A stretch of DNA of 64,000 bases from Monocercomonoides exilis PA203 (GCA_001643675.2 LSRY02000011.1:124001-188000), one strand, 5' to 3'. Counted from the stretch's first letter, positions 34,001 through 42,349 are shown. The notes: generated from the sequence alone by a model not told the origin. Numbers and translations: made by a program.

Positions 34001-36331
34001 CGAGGATGAGATGCTGGCTGTTTGTGTGTGTTTCTGGATGAGCTGTGCCCACGACGTGATCTTCGGCTGGTTGATGGTCAGTCCACGTGGCAGCGGGGCG
34101 CTGAAGGAAAGCGAAGTGCAGCTGTTTGGGTCGCAGCCAGCATCGAGCAGAAGCTGCACAACACCCAAACTACCTCCTCGTGCAGCACAGATCAGCGGCG
34201 TGAGGCCTCTTTCGTCGGATGAGTGGGGATCAGCGCCGTGCAGCAGAAGAGTGTGCACAACACGCGCATGCCCCGCAATGCACGCCAACTGCAGCGCTGT
34301 CCATTTGTGTGCAGAAACAATGCTGACACACGCGCCTCGCAGCAGAATCTCATCGACTGCATCGAGCGAGTTGGCAATGCACGCACACATCAGCGGAGTC
34401 ACCCCATCTGCATCGGTTGACAGCGCATCGATTGACATTCCATTCTCCAGAAAGAAGCGAATGAGAGAAGTGTTGTTCTCTTCTGCAGCATTGTGCAGCA
34501 TAATCCCCTTGTTTCGCTTCTCGCATCCAAACATCTCCAGTCTCGACAAGTGTGTGCAGTGTTTTGCCAGCGCTCGAATAGACTCGTCTCCAATCTGCTC
34601 GCAGTCTTCGAGCGAAAGCGACTCCAACTGCGGACAGCGCAATGCCAGTGCCACAATTGAGGCATCAGTCAGCGCTGAGCAGCTTTTCAGAGTCAGCTTC
34701 TGCAGATTAGCGCAGGCAGCAGCCAGACGAATGATCAAATCGTCTGTGACACTGGTGCAGTAAGCGAGATTAACAGAGGTCAGATTCAATTGATGGTCAG
34801 GTGAAAAAAGTTGAAGTGATTCCATAATTTCTGGTTCAGTAAAATCGCAAGAAATAATAGAAACAGATTCAACAGAGGATGGAGAAGAAGAAGCAGAAGA
34901 AGTTTCGCTTGACGCTGAAGTGAGCAATGAAGACTGATGCAGCATCGTCAAAGAAGGAGTGCACACCGGAGAAGGAAGCGGTGGTGACTGAGGCAGCGGA
35001 GTCATCGTGCGGCTGGCCAAATGAGCACTGCCAGGCTCGCTGAGTGTCTGTCGTGTTGGAGATTCCACATCGTGTGGAGGAGAGGCTGATGCAGAGAATG
35101 ACTGCATTTTCAGATTTTCTGTCAGATCCAGGCAGCGCAAGTCCAAAGTGCTGAGAAATGGAAGGCACTCGCAAACAGACGACAGTCCCCTCGCGGTCAT
35201 TCGCGTGCACCATCCGATTTTCAACTCTCTCAACTTGAGCAATCCAAACGGCGCATCTTGCTCTGATAAAGCTGAACCAAAATTACCATTCACAGAAGAC
35301 GATATAGAATGAGAACCAACTTGCTCCGGAGAAGAACATAATGTCGGAGAAGACATATTTTCTGTGGGTTCATCTGCCGTTGCACACTGAAACTGGGGCA
35401 AGTGGGGTGAAAGAGGTGGAGAAGATGATAGCTGATGTGTCACATTTAAAGATGAATTTCCATGAGTCAAATATTCATTGTTCACTCGATCCAACAATGA
35501 ACGCGAAAGTTTGCTTTTCTGTCCACAAATAAAGAACAGTGTATTGTCTGTTAGCGATGTGCAACCAATTAAATTGAGCTTTTTAATGTTCCTGCAGTGA
35601 ACACATAATGGAACTATTGAATAATCTCGAATTTTGGAACATCCGCGCAACGACAGATCCTCTAAACATATCAAATTGCGACTTATATCAAATATTGCTT
35701 TGTCTGTTAGTTCGGAAGCTCCATATAGTTTTAATGAAGTCAATTGCTTGCAATGTTGAGAAATTGCAGTGATTGCAGAATCATCCAATGAATTTCGAAG
35801 AAGCGAAAGATCTAAAATTTTCAGCGAAGTAAACATAGGTCCTTTAAATATGCTAAATCCTGCAGAAGAGATGTTTGTTTGACGAAGAGATAATGACTGA
35901 AGATGTTGAAGATTTCCGAGAATCTTGATTAAACCGTTTCCAATTGGACAAAGATTTAAGGAAACTGTTTGAAGATTTGGGTTTCGTAAAATAAGTTCTG
36001 CAGCTATTCCATCATCAACTTCTTCGAGTCCATCAAGAAAAATTGATGTCAATTTTGAAAAATGGTCAAAAGATTCTGAATAATTCGATAGATGCAAGTG
36101 GATATTATGAGAAAGATTTAACGAATGAATGTTTTCAGTTTGGCGGCATAGGCGAAAGGTTTTTTCTTCATTAAGTTTCAAAAGAGAAAAATCAAGTATT
36201 GTTGTGTAATTTTGAAGCGCCAAATGAAATCGTGAAGAAACAAGAGATAACGGCAATCTAGATGAAATTCCGCATCGAGAAAGAATATCTCCAAGAAGTG
36301 GAAGCGGAAGAAAATTGAGATTTGCCGCCAT
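19013..36331 (-). CDS. Giant intronless F-box/LRR-ankyrin-LRR protein with degenerate ROC-COR and pseudokinase (Roco-like), 5,772 aa
   Basis: F-box LNFLPLPLLGDILSRC...LSLVSSRF; FBXL-type LRRs (LTSLKLYGASELTD, LEDLSLRGCSKIRD); ankyrins (DGVTPLMCAC, WTALQLAC, RGLTPLICAARGG); typical LRR (LEYLDLSNNSLTQLP); C-terminal kinase-like HPCIVR and KIAFDLCAALLHLH...IVHHSI. Confidence 0.85.
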   Translation of the reverse strand: MAANLNFLPLPLLGDILSRCGISSRLPLSLVSSRFHLALQNYTTILDFSLLKLNEEKTFRLCRQTENIHSLNLSHNIHLHLSNYSESFDHFSKLTSIFLDGLEEVDDGIAAELILRNPNLQTVSLNLCPIGNGLIKILGNLQHLQSLSLRQTNISSAGFSIFKGPMFTSLKILDLSLLRNSLDDSAITAISQHCKQLTSLKLYGASELTDKAIFDISRNLICLEDLSLRGCSKIRDYSIVPLCVHCRNIKKLNLIGCTSLTDNTLFFICGQKSKLSRSLLDRVNNEYLTHGNSSLNVTHQLSSSPPLSPHLPQFQCATADEPTENMSSPTLCSSPEQVGSHSISSSVNGNFGSALSEQDAPFGLLKLRELKIGWCTRMTARGLSSVCECLPFLSTLDLRCLDLTENLKMQSFSASASPPHDVESPTRQTLSEPGSAHLASRTMTPLPQSPPLPSPVCTPSLTMLHQSSLLTSASSETSSASSSPSSVESVSIISCDFTEPEIMESLQLFSPDHQLNLTSVNLAYCTSVTDDLIIRLAAACANLQKLTLKSCSALTDASIVALALRCPQLESLSLEDCEQIGDESIRALAKHCTHLSRLEMFGCEKRNKGIMLHNAAEENNTSLIRFFLENGMSIDALSTDADGVTPLMCACIANSLDAVDEILLRGACVSIVSAHKWTALQLACIAGHARVVHTLLLHGADPHSSDERGLTPLICAARGGSLGVVQLLLDAGCDPNSCTSLSFSAPLPRGLTINQPKITSWAQLIQKHTQTASISSSLHLASASTPTDLSISPSSSPLPHSHSSSPSSPSAANTIHSEHTSHSPSSPPLNSSGTSSLHLSEHPHSNHSEETSFSLIPISDHSLRPSLSQRTSTFALSAHFTPLIAAIQSLCLPLVALLFSHSFHVDPILSESSSNNNNNNKASDPPHSGFNSSLKSSSSPSSSMNASPSPSSSPQSSTPNGLVPFAFSSVVASSSCYLNGSTDSSRLTSNQSSSSSSSSSSSSSSSSRTLHGNTQPSPHASSQQSLQQRRIQSDFKHSIVTRSFFLPFIPLAALLSQPLSIILNLSQPESQRRSSFSSYSLSSFSTAQLRSKPPQQSATQTQPRSVLPRSATTAVSSPSIYSSQQASSSARSVSPQRPSRSIRFSPPLPLSPMSSYSLFSSPPPRSSLQSKQLLIDPLLSLPFSPQSSHPLIRALSTGSLCVVSLLLFGGYDIPSDMVNDAAAALQAEEQIKTTNEETATKVEEEKHLHHEEEKDDTIKVTKEMRDEEEQERIDEIDGLIYSRVRSMDIRMMLKAECIVMNALRTFPSGDASDNSNACLSQKVTDIVTSAEVSADSHIIPSVIVSCNNIRKATRLFLQSKPLPNASAVALMATLPSAVLNAVLSCPAVQKKISEDHSLIEDLMKVPIYVDGQNDLKNNNTKEESDETKGKNDEEEVDEDSVEWAGYYSDEDAFSDPLSAEAAIISSSLPVTSSSASSLFALPTKRPISVYQHVFAVFHVLRLLRSGGDQFRIGEAICESEGIEHLMCVMEEWGNKAMAEVMETRKAKEKQENHRTIEESEDNDALLEKKDTTSSNHPENYTESEKLKLEQNEQCLNNEYLDTSSSPSSRPSQYSHSKSSFSLFCLPSLSEAALFFSEILKDENQSAEWKQLLIERQKLREEDDEEAAMILMRTMAAKGGVERIRAKEDVNALGQMFEVDPSLFVRMGMVMMKVAEYLAVKKVFMEDGEDNTDGKRERLMKHFELFLPDKIDCSLKDSQNNSSKMAKQIGKENETAHSSDDSFDEKHCSSSDCSNSSQKASLLLLQRFVPFLSSGLDVVLNTSNPASQIVLRSLPLILHSLDFVKQLPMFLDGTRRIASQLISTELLLPKQNETVSSLSSTSSSSAFDDNPLSPFSSDTLNIPSSTNIFPTFIPPQLSQSIKCITPSTFTSIKSCLSSCFSINLSNSFIPQFDITQSSLPSLHIFAMLDTASLHDYQISSNLQNFQWDECSFEPKQSYSLLSPHSAQSSEVVPFASAVPQSQTTSTTVQSNSCKHCECLSFSPFSVLSSLNLTHLSLKGCSLNHLPSAIFHSSSSFSSGISHTLEYLDLSNNSLTQLPLQLSLLRNLKFLNISGNTFITLSPQLLHKLTSLSLFLSSPTLLSAHSGSSSQSNVSSSLFSSSLFSSSPSSRGLSAVSRCTDFSPYSLINSEISLIKDRMNAKAQKDQIDSEVSHVIKQTKQIESLTMKMEHLRKRKEMKNQDALPSSASTSPSNALKTGTSTFVSSTLPSPSKTKTTSTTTKKSQSSGNTLPAPSKQISPVYSPSPQQKKQNSRETTRSDKKSSSSVQLAHSSFLDTSPPSFVSSPFSIKSPFTLKYLPPLLYPPLPQHSSFPSDPPFAHVISPALYSFSLPRSFTSAIRLISHRNISSSLPPPPELTSASSRSLSSSSSSVSNLLIYQPTGEVLFSPQLFMNAPKISENSRSSSSASSSSSSSSTSASTPLIASNSFVSLLQKLRTPPSFILRAEQKSAFDSYISSLTVQLQKMTEKSSHWKMLESADCSEWEKRRTSKSTKHSTFSNEKTEFENPKDKGNEKEESESLAIQSTSAAVKKKDEPLSDAIDNPLPITPFPLSFLRILAISNEGSSCSTETAETPPFSRYPSQLSSVLFNEMSHSSFNEAFSHIAPTKNSNSLSSQSNSKENASIDHFSSPVHPSSAESFILFDTPLKGQHTQLLHLSPSSTLTRLFWLCLSFRSFLHSDSQQPSSLPAIVTFPTPILLSFSLPLQAISFAFSCSSSASALSQTVLPSSFVNALYSTLNDLNFIARSFRLRFIVYTVINTFIDPAVLAEASVDDLVIPAKKNVPIQQLRQKVAKKLNKKRNEALLKEALRSSPLQKAAEPSEYATLASLAQQSINLSAVKDYKELSNDKDLSSNKNAENEKSIIEKDQKNACNNKSSLSETKSEKEDSFLTSAAKSFWVSSVSSVKSSKTSKNRAVSIYSLKEPQSDDSENSEEIDGVDGADDDGSVSSLSIDDIDDYVQEAYKEQEKGSVLDYRNMRNEDEGYEESKEEEVDAAINESESSSNRKESKIWSDKSIKGSEKRSELEEIKQCSRTTPSSSNTTRKTLGMKIELQDYDENEEEYEEGSEYDFEYEEEEDSEEVEVKADEILVSLSTTKNRSDSAKIPSPKPPFKPVQKPVAPSPLFLSDSCKPQNHMLSKRSEDKANQKNISKEEKIKASIGEQVAQLTDAVVECLARFTRTMCNEGELMLFHSNGSENLSEQQQQTLQKVLADEEVEKSKCYSSLSQSASDNTSLKADSKNVNCVNNTDCKNNNLTEDNDQFFDFFDSSSFSPLKMSVEELHDLNGLSPITSASAVSQLHGLPPSEVLKCSSVSGMNQKTSLISVPSTSLLDNQSLLPFDPSFSLMSSPDTLRSQGTVSSRKQQSALQQQNQQRTDTFSPNALESTHTPFLRKETQKHHLESDAPSTVQKADSKSKIKSHLHRHSIGSITTESLLPSLSTTFLFRNVALPLVDLSSSLNPHLFVHHASMCQAIDKRCNTIAKDRKESIAKHLLSEQRLVKLANCPPLFQGFFAGTNVSHSFYGFPSTELHKEEQKLSHSHKNQRPIACSEGFLQFVAGPPPLLITHDAYDSMSKQVHIVESSSSPSSSDILDAETEIKNNLGLQLVSMFDDFSEKQVTLSGSLTKGRSQQSSNEYPPLPQMAFLTPGAGLSPSSSFLCSEKEQNSFHHPFWFVIHTKKIGPTLLPSDASTPTPFHMRDATLPATHQRSAQIQSSSSSSATSSSKSQLFGALPLLSSLRRILSSFSILATSQFIQSSHLSLWNEFWMKSHLPNSNDSKTNTFGDSNENEEEHLLHTGEMKQIVELCLSQKKEKSAIAVNARTHFLPLLLRAGQICFERKALENDALAIGLNGKDLFSFLKIMQRWGIFMRLPCYSLMRKNETDDRETILATCHDNETQQDMNSNSCSPSSFILPLYRNNDSLIMSDALWVYSVLTTFDASCNVPAVSQQRSRRHSGKRSNQENHSLQQSRNLAASSFATSIALNDSNVNPCLSLICTGTSLSKRQSAVMTSLMCLKQFVECRIFGKVKWIDPLEAQEEKKKQISISNVDQEPTERSYVSSQFCATTHVPSISSFNLPAFSLSPSTMHLWMNVHLGIKPTGVEYNNLWPSLKLSPIEWRCKSSNRNLSSTLDSSLSSFNAPQNTNPSSSELLKSDSLSDLSFSLGIAQHIRLFVTSANVSALVSILLPSLTSFVRITEEQLNNSTKEHQDSLCSNSDLDTGSKSCPSQSVDHPTHSSNFPVASFIVPWTSSAEKKFDSCGVIGGFKTFAEVLLPSQLEMLLGEHCEKLAIESIQKKKEKKAMKQEKKLKKKEKEKEKKKKKDKDKDKEKKKKKKWNIFGNEQKEHIDSLISTSLPQESSLTEEEKDYIRYFPTADKMLEIVKGNICNFESFCAPESTKRKMTHLSSVNRNDSSLRKSFTDSEANSATQIDHSKAIDCVRPSVLTSSDSEMKKKAFEVTTPSTIFQSLCLHHDLTFLIETGPNGRNSSKPDSATSWVKVVVASHNPHLGKMLFIVLCNSVRRMIQTMTSSCYGGGNISEYSVVESLPPLHIPAKKKEDEFKNLNKSDVLDSITCSAFVPIHSQIVSKDEEKKICDLMKLCQSSKHCDSFAEHSRFVEDVVSDSSSFSFKHSQDDWEACHFMINTQISSIMKYSSREYFNDISTSVAAAPPVDVMRFVREKCESALLRNEDESSTSEEDEGMITDGHEDLAAENIKEDVLKQAENAACKGRKGDGKFDANDEEYLKQLLFCTVPELSPPITYESFIDLSALLSWWKLFDASFVCSNSKRIKHQTKRHRTTSEKRVNVELNRSSSVRKAIKSVEESESETDLSVSISQPSALKPVSTSMSLPPLLTPLQDVELSQNPLSVITSSAPNESEMPINVPSSYNLFSIGRSSVSRSSSSYLNSFFSSFVKWFSGEFYNFSLFQSPSNAFELKEVLTPLLIIHSSVKIKSQSESSLSTQFPSSSVENCFEYNSKNVEEDQEGLFHQAQLSADVPHSLSISSADFSQSSSNSGCDKSSSSCFLSHFLSLLTRRIDLTAISTPPWSSSFDVITLKDFLMASYLQSMISHPCIVRCHKLCVIPSVVMKMSPSLISCQSLVSSLTQMRRTKTSNIKKWYLTATRDVMLQHQPIAQMVLPHPLAHSSSVLPRVLPSSSAFPSLSKGTSKELQNELNSQSKQPQNSPTSLFDFVDDEKKIHSFFGEEYLCPLISPIVIIKIAFDLCAALLHLHYRCTPRIVHHSITASTVFFTSDPLTYDVSSLSSNLFKPLAQLGGFYRAIPLVKFAGIPLSPFRSNVCEDRANLTASPNKILSPDAYLNSLTPTKILSSAASPHLQANDASSLISGKHSPSLSLPSFDEIPNSSLLGKCKQQQYGHSAEPPLQDLRSPSSSPVFGNHSNSHSSASPRIDDSFDKTLPKASIFVRSNPSGMKESIMNSVFDEDTRQLIALIDELFAASLPYSLSICLSLISSAKMATTKPLLSFLNFLQYPTKSDSYECNSQDIENDVELIDDDSEGAHLDQKKQNKRKDSDIFKMDNEFDAFEDIPFAESSTFSEEIVSSTEFEGTISRQQSPTTESSLSDAQFTLVENENEVKDEIPPLAQSNGSSAESDVTLHSFHQQSPSRDQSSSPQSSSSIPPSSRKLKATSRMPTFSLPSPSFHSDLSSLESPVPSVLPPLLIASSCVTKQRNTPSQINQTTLTLPVLYKALFNTLVSFITQHS

Positions 36332-36709
36332 TCTGTTTCTCAAAGAGAAAAATTTTTATTGGAAATTAGATCAAGTCTTTCAATAAACACATATGAAACA
36401 AAAGCAATAAACACAATATCATTTCCAAAAATTAAGATTAGCAAATAAACTTTCATTTGCGAAAAATAAAAAAAAAAGACCGCACTCATTTTGAAAATTA
36501 AAAATATAAAAATATTACATAGATAAAACATATGATTTCACGCAAATATAAATATAAATTTATACAACATATGAATAAATTCAAAAATAATCACATTACA
36601 ATAATAATACAATTGATGGATGCCTCAACATTTTAAAATGCAATTCTCGGCATAAAACAAAATAAATACGAAATTTTTGTAACTTTCTCGAAACAATTTC
36701 TCTTTTCTT

Positions 36710-37559
36710 CTAACTTTGCAAAACCACTCCTTTCGCCAATGACTCTTCTATAAAGCTTGACTTTGATATTGGACGTTCTTCTTTAAGTTCAGATGGCGTC
36801 ACTTCATCTTTCTCTTTTGCGTCCGTTTTTTGAATATTCTGTGTAAGATTTTCGATTTTCTTTGCAATAAAATCTTCCTCAGTTTCCTTTTGTAGATTCG
36901 TGGCTTCATCTGAAGCACCAGTACTTGATTTTCTTTCAGTCAATCCCAAAGAACTTTTTGATGAATTTAGCTTTTTATTCTTTGGTGAAGATAAAGAAAA
37001 TGGATGCTTACAAATTTGTTTGCAAATTGTTTCTGATTGCTTCCAATCCTTTTCCAATTTTTTAAAATCCATCGTAGGCTTTTGCATTTGCAGGCGTTTC
37101 TTTAAATACTAAAAGAATTAATATTTTTCTTTTCTAAAAACAAAAGAGAGGAACAACAAACTTCGTTTTCATTTTTCACTTTTTGTTTTTCTCTATCTCT
37201 TTCAATGGTTCGAGATGTCTTTTGATGAAACTTTTCTGGAGGCAAAAGATCAATTGAGCCTTTTCCACGAAGAATTTCTGACATTTTTACCAATAAAATT
37301 GCATTCACCTTTTCAATTTCACTGAATTTTTCTAAGGGTCATTAATATAAGTTCAATTTATTCACTAAGCTTGATTAAATTTCAAACCTTCTTCTATTTG
37401 TGCTTTTTTTCTTTTCGTGGATAAATGAGTCCAATTTGCTGTATTATGACAATCTATCGAAGATTTAACCAATTTGACTTTTGTTTCAATGCGTTTTCGC
37501 TCTGTTTCAAGCATTTCTTGTTCATTAATCTCTCTTTGTTTTCTTTCACTCAAACTCAT
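36710..37559 (-). CDS. CFAP97/KIAA1430-domain cilia/flagella-associated protein (3 exons)
   Basis: Spliced HLSTKRKKAQIEE/EKFSEIEKVNAILLVKMSEILRGKGSID...KRLQMQKPTMDFKKLEKDWKQ matches my recollection of the KIAA1430/CFAP97 domain pattern. Two GTTTG...AG introns. Confidence 0.7.
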
Positions 37560-37787
37560 TTTTTCTTATGTTTTGGATCGAATGTTATTCAATTCATTTA
37601 ATGTACAAGCATATGAAATATATTAAATACATGACATGATTTTGATTGTTTCAAAGAAGCCCATAAGTTGTTTGCTGTTTCATTTTCAACTTTGATGGTT
37701 ACAAAGCCAGAAGAATTTTGCCTGAAAAACAATAAGCGGAGAAGATTTTATATTCTCAAAAGAAAGCCAAAAGAAAAGTGCAGGCAA

Positions 37788-38970
37788 ATGGATCCAGATT
37801 TCAATCATCCTGGAGAACCACCTCTTGAAACAATGTTTAACAAAACGAGACTTCACCATCCGATTTCGATCAAAAATCAAGTTGCACTATTAATGTGGGC
37901 TCCTTTTGGTTTGGTTTTGGCTTGTATCAGATTTGTGAGTTTGTTTGTCGTTGCAATGCCTCTTCTTGGAGTTTTCCATGAATTTGATGCTGAAAAATAT
38001 TATTGGCGCTATGTGATGAGATTATTTGGATTTGTTACTCATTTGAAGAACAGAAATTATATGGGCACTGCAAAAGAAGCTCCAATTATTGTTTGCAACC
38101 ACGTAACTGATTTAGATGGTTTGTCATTTTTATCTTTCAAATTTTCACGTAAAAGTTCAATTTTTTTTAGGGATTGCATTTTTCCCAATTGTACACACAA
38201 ACAAATCCATAAATCTTACAACTGTATTTTTGAAGCCTTTAGTTAATTGGGCAAAAATTCTTCATTGGCCAATCAGAGTTGTTATTCGTGAGTCAGATCC
38301 AACAAGAAAACATTTGACAAGAGAGAAACTGCTTGAAGCCTTTGACGATGAAAAAGAAGAAGGAAGAAGACTGTTTATTTTGACCGAAGGCGCAACAACA
38401 AATGGGCAAGTTGGGTTTGAATAATCAAAAAATTATCCCTTGAAACATAACAATCTTTAATTTTATATATAATTTGAAAATATGTATGCTTTATGTAAAT
38501 TATCATAGGCTTCTACAATACAACCGTTTTGTATTTTCCCTCAATCGGGGCATACAGCCAATGTGCTTGCGCATCAATCCTCATATTTCCATCAACGTTG
38601 ACAAGCCATCAAAGAATATGTTCCCCAATCTCTTCTGGTTTTTCTTCTGTCCGTATGTCACGTATGAGTTTACAGCTCTTCCTGTACAGTACATCGGAGA
38701 GGATGAAACGCCTGAACAGTTTGCACACAGAGTGCAGAAGATGACAGCAGATAAACTTCAGATAGCATGCACTTCTTATAGCTACAAGGACAAAGTGTGC
38801 TTTTTGATTTATTTATCAAAAACTAACTTTTAATTCTAATTTTGTAACTTTTGATTTTTCTTTGGATTTCAATGAAAATTTTTCAAATAATTTGATTTTT
38901 GAATAATTATTATCGAATTGTTTGTGCTATATTACGCAACCAGAATAAGATGAAGCATGTTGTCCGCTAA
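37788..38970 (+). CDS. Lysophospholipid acyltransferase (LPLAT; LPCAT/AUP1-like), 4 exons
   Basis: N-terminal TM segment, catalytic CNHVTDLD (NHX4D), FILTEGATTNG, IQPMCL, ETPEQFAHRVQ; last exon NKMKHVVR*. Confidence 0.85.
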
Positions 38971-39470
38971 ATTTATGAGTATTTTCGTTTTCTTCCTCAT
39001 ACTTTATTGTGGCTGTGAAGTTGTATTCTCCAAGAGTCTTGTTTTTTAATTTTTTGGTTTTTATTTTTTAAGTTTTTTAAACTTTTTCGAGTATGAGGAT
39101 TATTTTTGTGAGTTTGACTCTAAAAGCAATTTCAAATGGAATTTTATTTTATTTTATTTTATTTTTGTAATGTTATTTTTATGGATTAATATTAAGTATT
39201 TTATTTAAGTCCTCCAGTGCAGTTCAATTCACATTTTATTCTTCTTCAAATGATAACGTTTTGCTGGAAATTTTATTTTTCTTTTAAATGTTTTGCTTAT
39301 TTCATTTCCCATTTAGAGCTATTCTTGGTTTTTTTTTTAAATCTTATTATACAAACAGTTTAATGCAGAGCAAAGTAAATTGAATTTTTATGATCTTACG
39401 CCCATTTCTTCAAACAACAAAGTAAATTCGAAAATAAAATCTGGCTTTTCCTACTCTTTAGAAAGGAACA

Positions 39471-41772
39471 ATGGCCATGAGAACATACGCAAGACAGGCA
39501 GGGATACCCTTAGAATATTTGAACGATGTACCACCTTCATTTAATGTTGATGACACAATATCGGAATTAATTTCTGTTAATCATCCAACTCATGCAAAAT
39601 TTGTGAATCTTCCGGAATCTCTTATCAAAGGTATTACATTGCTAAATCATTTTAATTACAAGTATTCATTTTTAACATGTTCGTTTCCCAAATTGTTTCA
39701 AAGCAATCATTTTATCTGCAAGAGAGGTATTTCATCAAGAAGAAACGCTTTTGCAACTTGAAGCTCCAATCAAGATTTGTGGCGATATTCATGGACAGTA
39801 TTATGATTTAATGAGATTATTTGACCTTGGAGGCTTTCCACCGGATCAAAAGTATCTATTTCTTGGAGGTTTGTTTTATTTTTAAATGAACAAATATAAA
39901 TTTGTTGCATGAACTTTATTTAATTTAGATTATGTTGACAGAGGTGAATTTTCTATCGAAGCTATCACATTACTTCTTTGTTATAAAATAAAACATCCTC
40001 AGAGAATATACATGCTTCGTGGGAACCATGAGTGCGCACAAATTAACAGATTATTTGGATTTTTTGACGATTGTTTGATTATCAGTAATTTTATTTTTAT
40101 TATTTTTATTTTTTATTTTTTATTTTTTTTTGAAAAAATAACCTTTTACTGATAGGCTTTACTCGATATTCAAAATCACTGTGGAGGATGTTTAATGAAT
40201 TGTTTTCATATCTGCCAATTTGTGCTGTTTGCATCTTTTTCTATTTCTAAATCGTTTTCTTTTATTCTCTTATCCATCGATATGTTGCTGATTCTTGTGA
40301 ATCAAATTTTATTTTCAATACTCTTTTTCCTCCTCTATTCATCTCTTTTTTTAAATTTCGAACAGATTATTGATGACAAAATATTCTGCACACACGGAGG
40401 TCTTTCACCATCATTCCGGTCATTGGAAGAAATTCGCCAAATCCCTCGTCCCCTGCAGATTCCAGACAAAGGTCTGCTGTGTGATCTTTTGTGGGCTGAT
40501 CCAACAGACACTGAGCCGCTGTGGGGTCCAAATGAACGAGGCATTTCATACACCTTTGGAGAGAAAGCGGTGTCGAGCTTTCTTCAGAGCATCGGCTATG
40601 ATCTGATTGTGAGGGCACACCAAGTGGTGACAGAAGGGTTTGAGATGATGATGGATCAGCAGCTGGTGACGATATTCTCCGCGCCGAACTACTGCAACGA
40701 ATTCGACAATGCAGGTGCCATTCTGAATGTGGATGAGTCGCTTGTGTGCTCATTCAGTGTGATCAAGCCACGCGACACTCCCCTGATCATCCTGCACAGC
40801 AGCTGCGAGCGCCACTATCCGCCAGGCATCACGATGAAGATGCGCTTCTCGCCAAACGACATTATGATGGACCAGGACGAGCCAGCTGTGTCTGCGCTGA
40901 GCGAGTTTGGCGACGCAGAGTTTCTGCCAGACGAACTCGAAGGCGAAGAAGAGGAGCCAGAAGAGATGATGTCTTCCAGGAGAAGAAAGACACCTGTGAA
41001 GCCAAAGAAAGCACCTGCTCTGAATTCTTCTTTTTCTTCTTCCTCCTCTTCCTCCTCCTCCTCATCATCATCATCCTCATCCTCTTCCGTATCTTCAGCA
41101 ACACCAGACAGTTCTAAGAATCAGAGCAATTCTTCTGCTCCTTTCAAATCTGCTGCATCATCTCCGTCTGCCTCGAAAGTGAGGAAGCTGAAATCTCCAA
41201 CATCTCAGCAATCCAATTCACTTTTGTCTTCTTCCTCTCTTTCCTCCTCTTCTCCATCATCATCATCTTCTTCTTCTTCTTCATCCTTCTTGTATTCCTC
41301 TTCTCTTTCCTCAAAAGCCTTCTCTCATCCAACATCCTCTCCTCAGTCATCGTCTGCTGGAATATCTGCACTTTGCACCCCGTCTCATCGCCATGATCAG
41401 CACGGACGGCCTCTTTCGCCTCCTCTCTCTCGCCTCTCCTCTAAACCAGCATCTTCCTCTATTTCATCTTCCTCCTCCTCATCATCATCTTTTTCTTCAG
41501 GCACAGGATCTTCTGCAGTGTCTGCTTCTTCGACAGCATTGGGCACGCTTCTTTCCATGTCACCATCGGCAGCAAGTTCTTCGTCTGCTTCTCAACTTCG
41601 CTCCAGAAGCAATTCTCCTTCGTCTTCCTCTTCCTCTTCCTTGTCCTCTCCCAGCACAACCTCTTCAACCACATCAGCATCTTCACATCGAAGTGTTTCT
41701 CCTGCCTCAAAAAGCCAGTTGTCTTCCCTTTCGTCTCAGCCGTTGCGCCCTCGTTCAGGTTCGAAGTGCTGA
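39471..41772 (+). CDS. PP1-like PPP Ser/Thr phosphatase with long Ser-rich C-terminal tail (5 exons)
   Basis: [53 protein letters not shown]. Four GT-AG introns keep the frame. Confidence 0.93.
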
Positions 41773-42349
41773 GAAATGCTGTTGGTGTTTGCATCCTCTT
41801 CCATTAAATGTGTATTTGAATTTATGCGAATTGGCTTGTTAATCTCATTTCTGTCTTTTTTATTGAAATCTGTATTGGAACTTTTTCTGAAAACAACGAT
41901 GCTTCATTTTAGTAGACATTTTGAAATTTTTTCCAATCGATGATTTTAGACTTCATAAAAAACGAGGAAATTGACAAAAGAAATAATTCTGCTATTTGCA
42001 TGGCAAATGGTCATTTATATTGAATGGTGTTAAAAAAAAGGAAATTATTCGAAGATGAGATTAAATCAAGATTTATTCTAAATAACAGCATGACAAAATT
42101 GAAAAAGTTTATCAAATAAAGTTGTATTAGAAAGATGCTTTTATCCATTCGATTATTTTTGTTTTGATTTTTAAGCAAAATATTCAGATCAATTTATTCA
42201 TAATAAAATAATTCATTGTTTGAGCAGATTTAAAATTCGTTTTAAAGAGCGAATTTGAGAGTTTTTGTGAATATTTTATGATTTTGAAGCATTACAAAAA
42301 CTGTACATGTTGCTTTCCTTTCAATGATACGAGGTGAAAGCGGAGTGAT

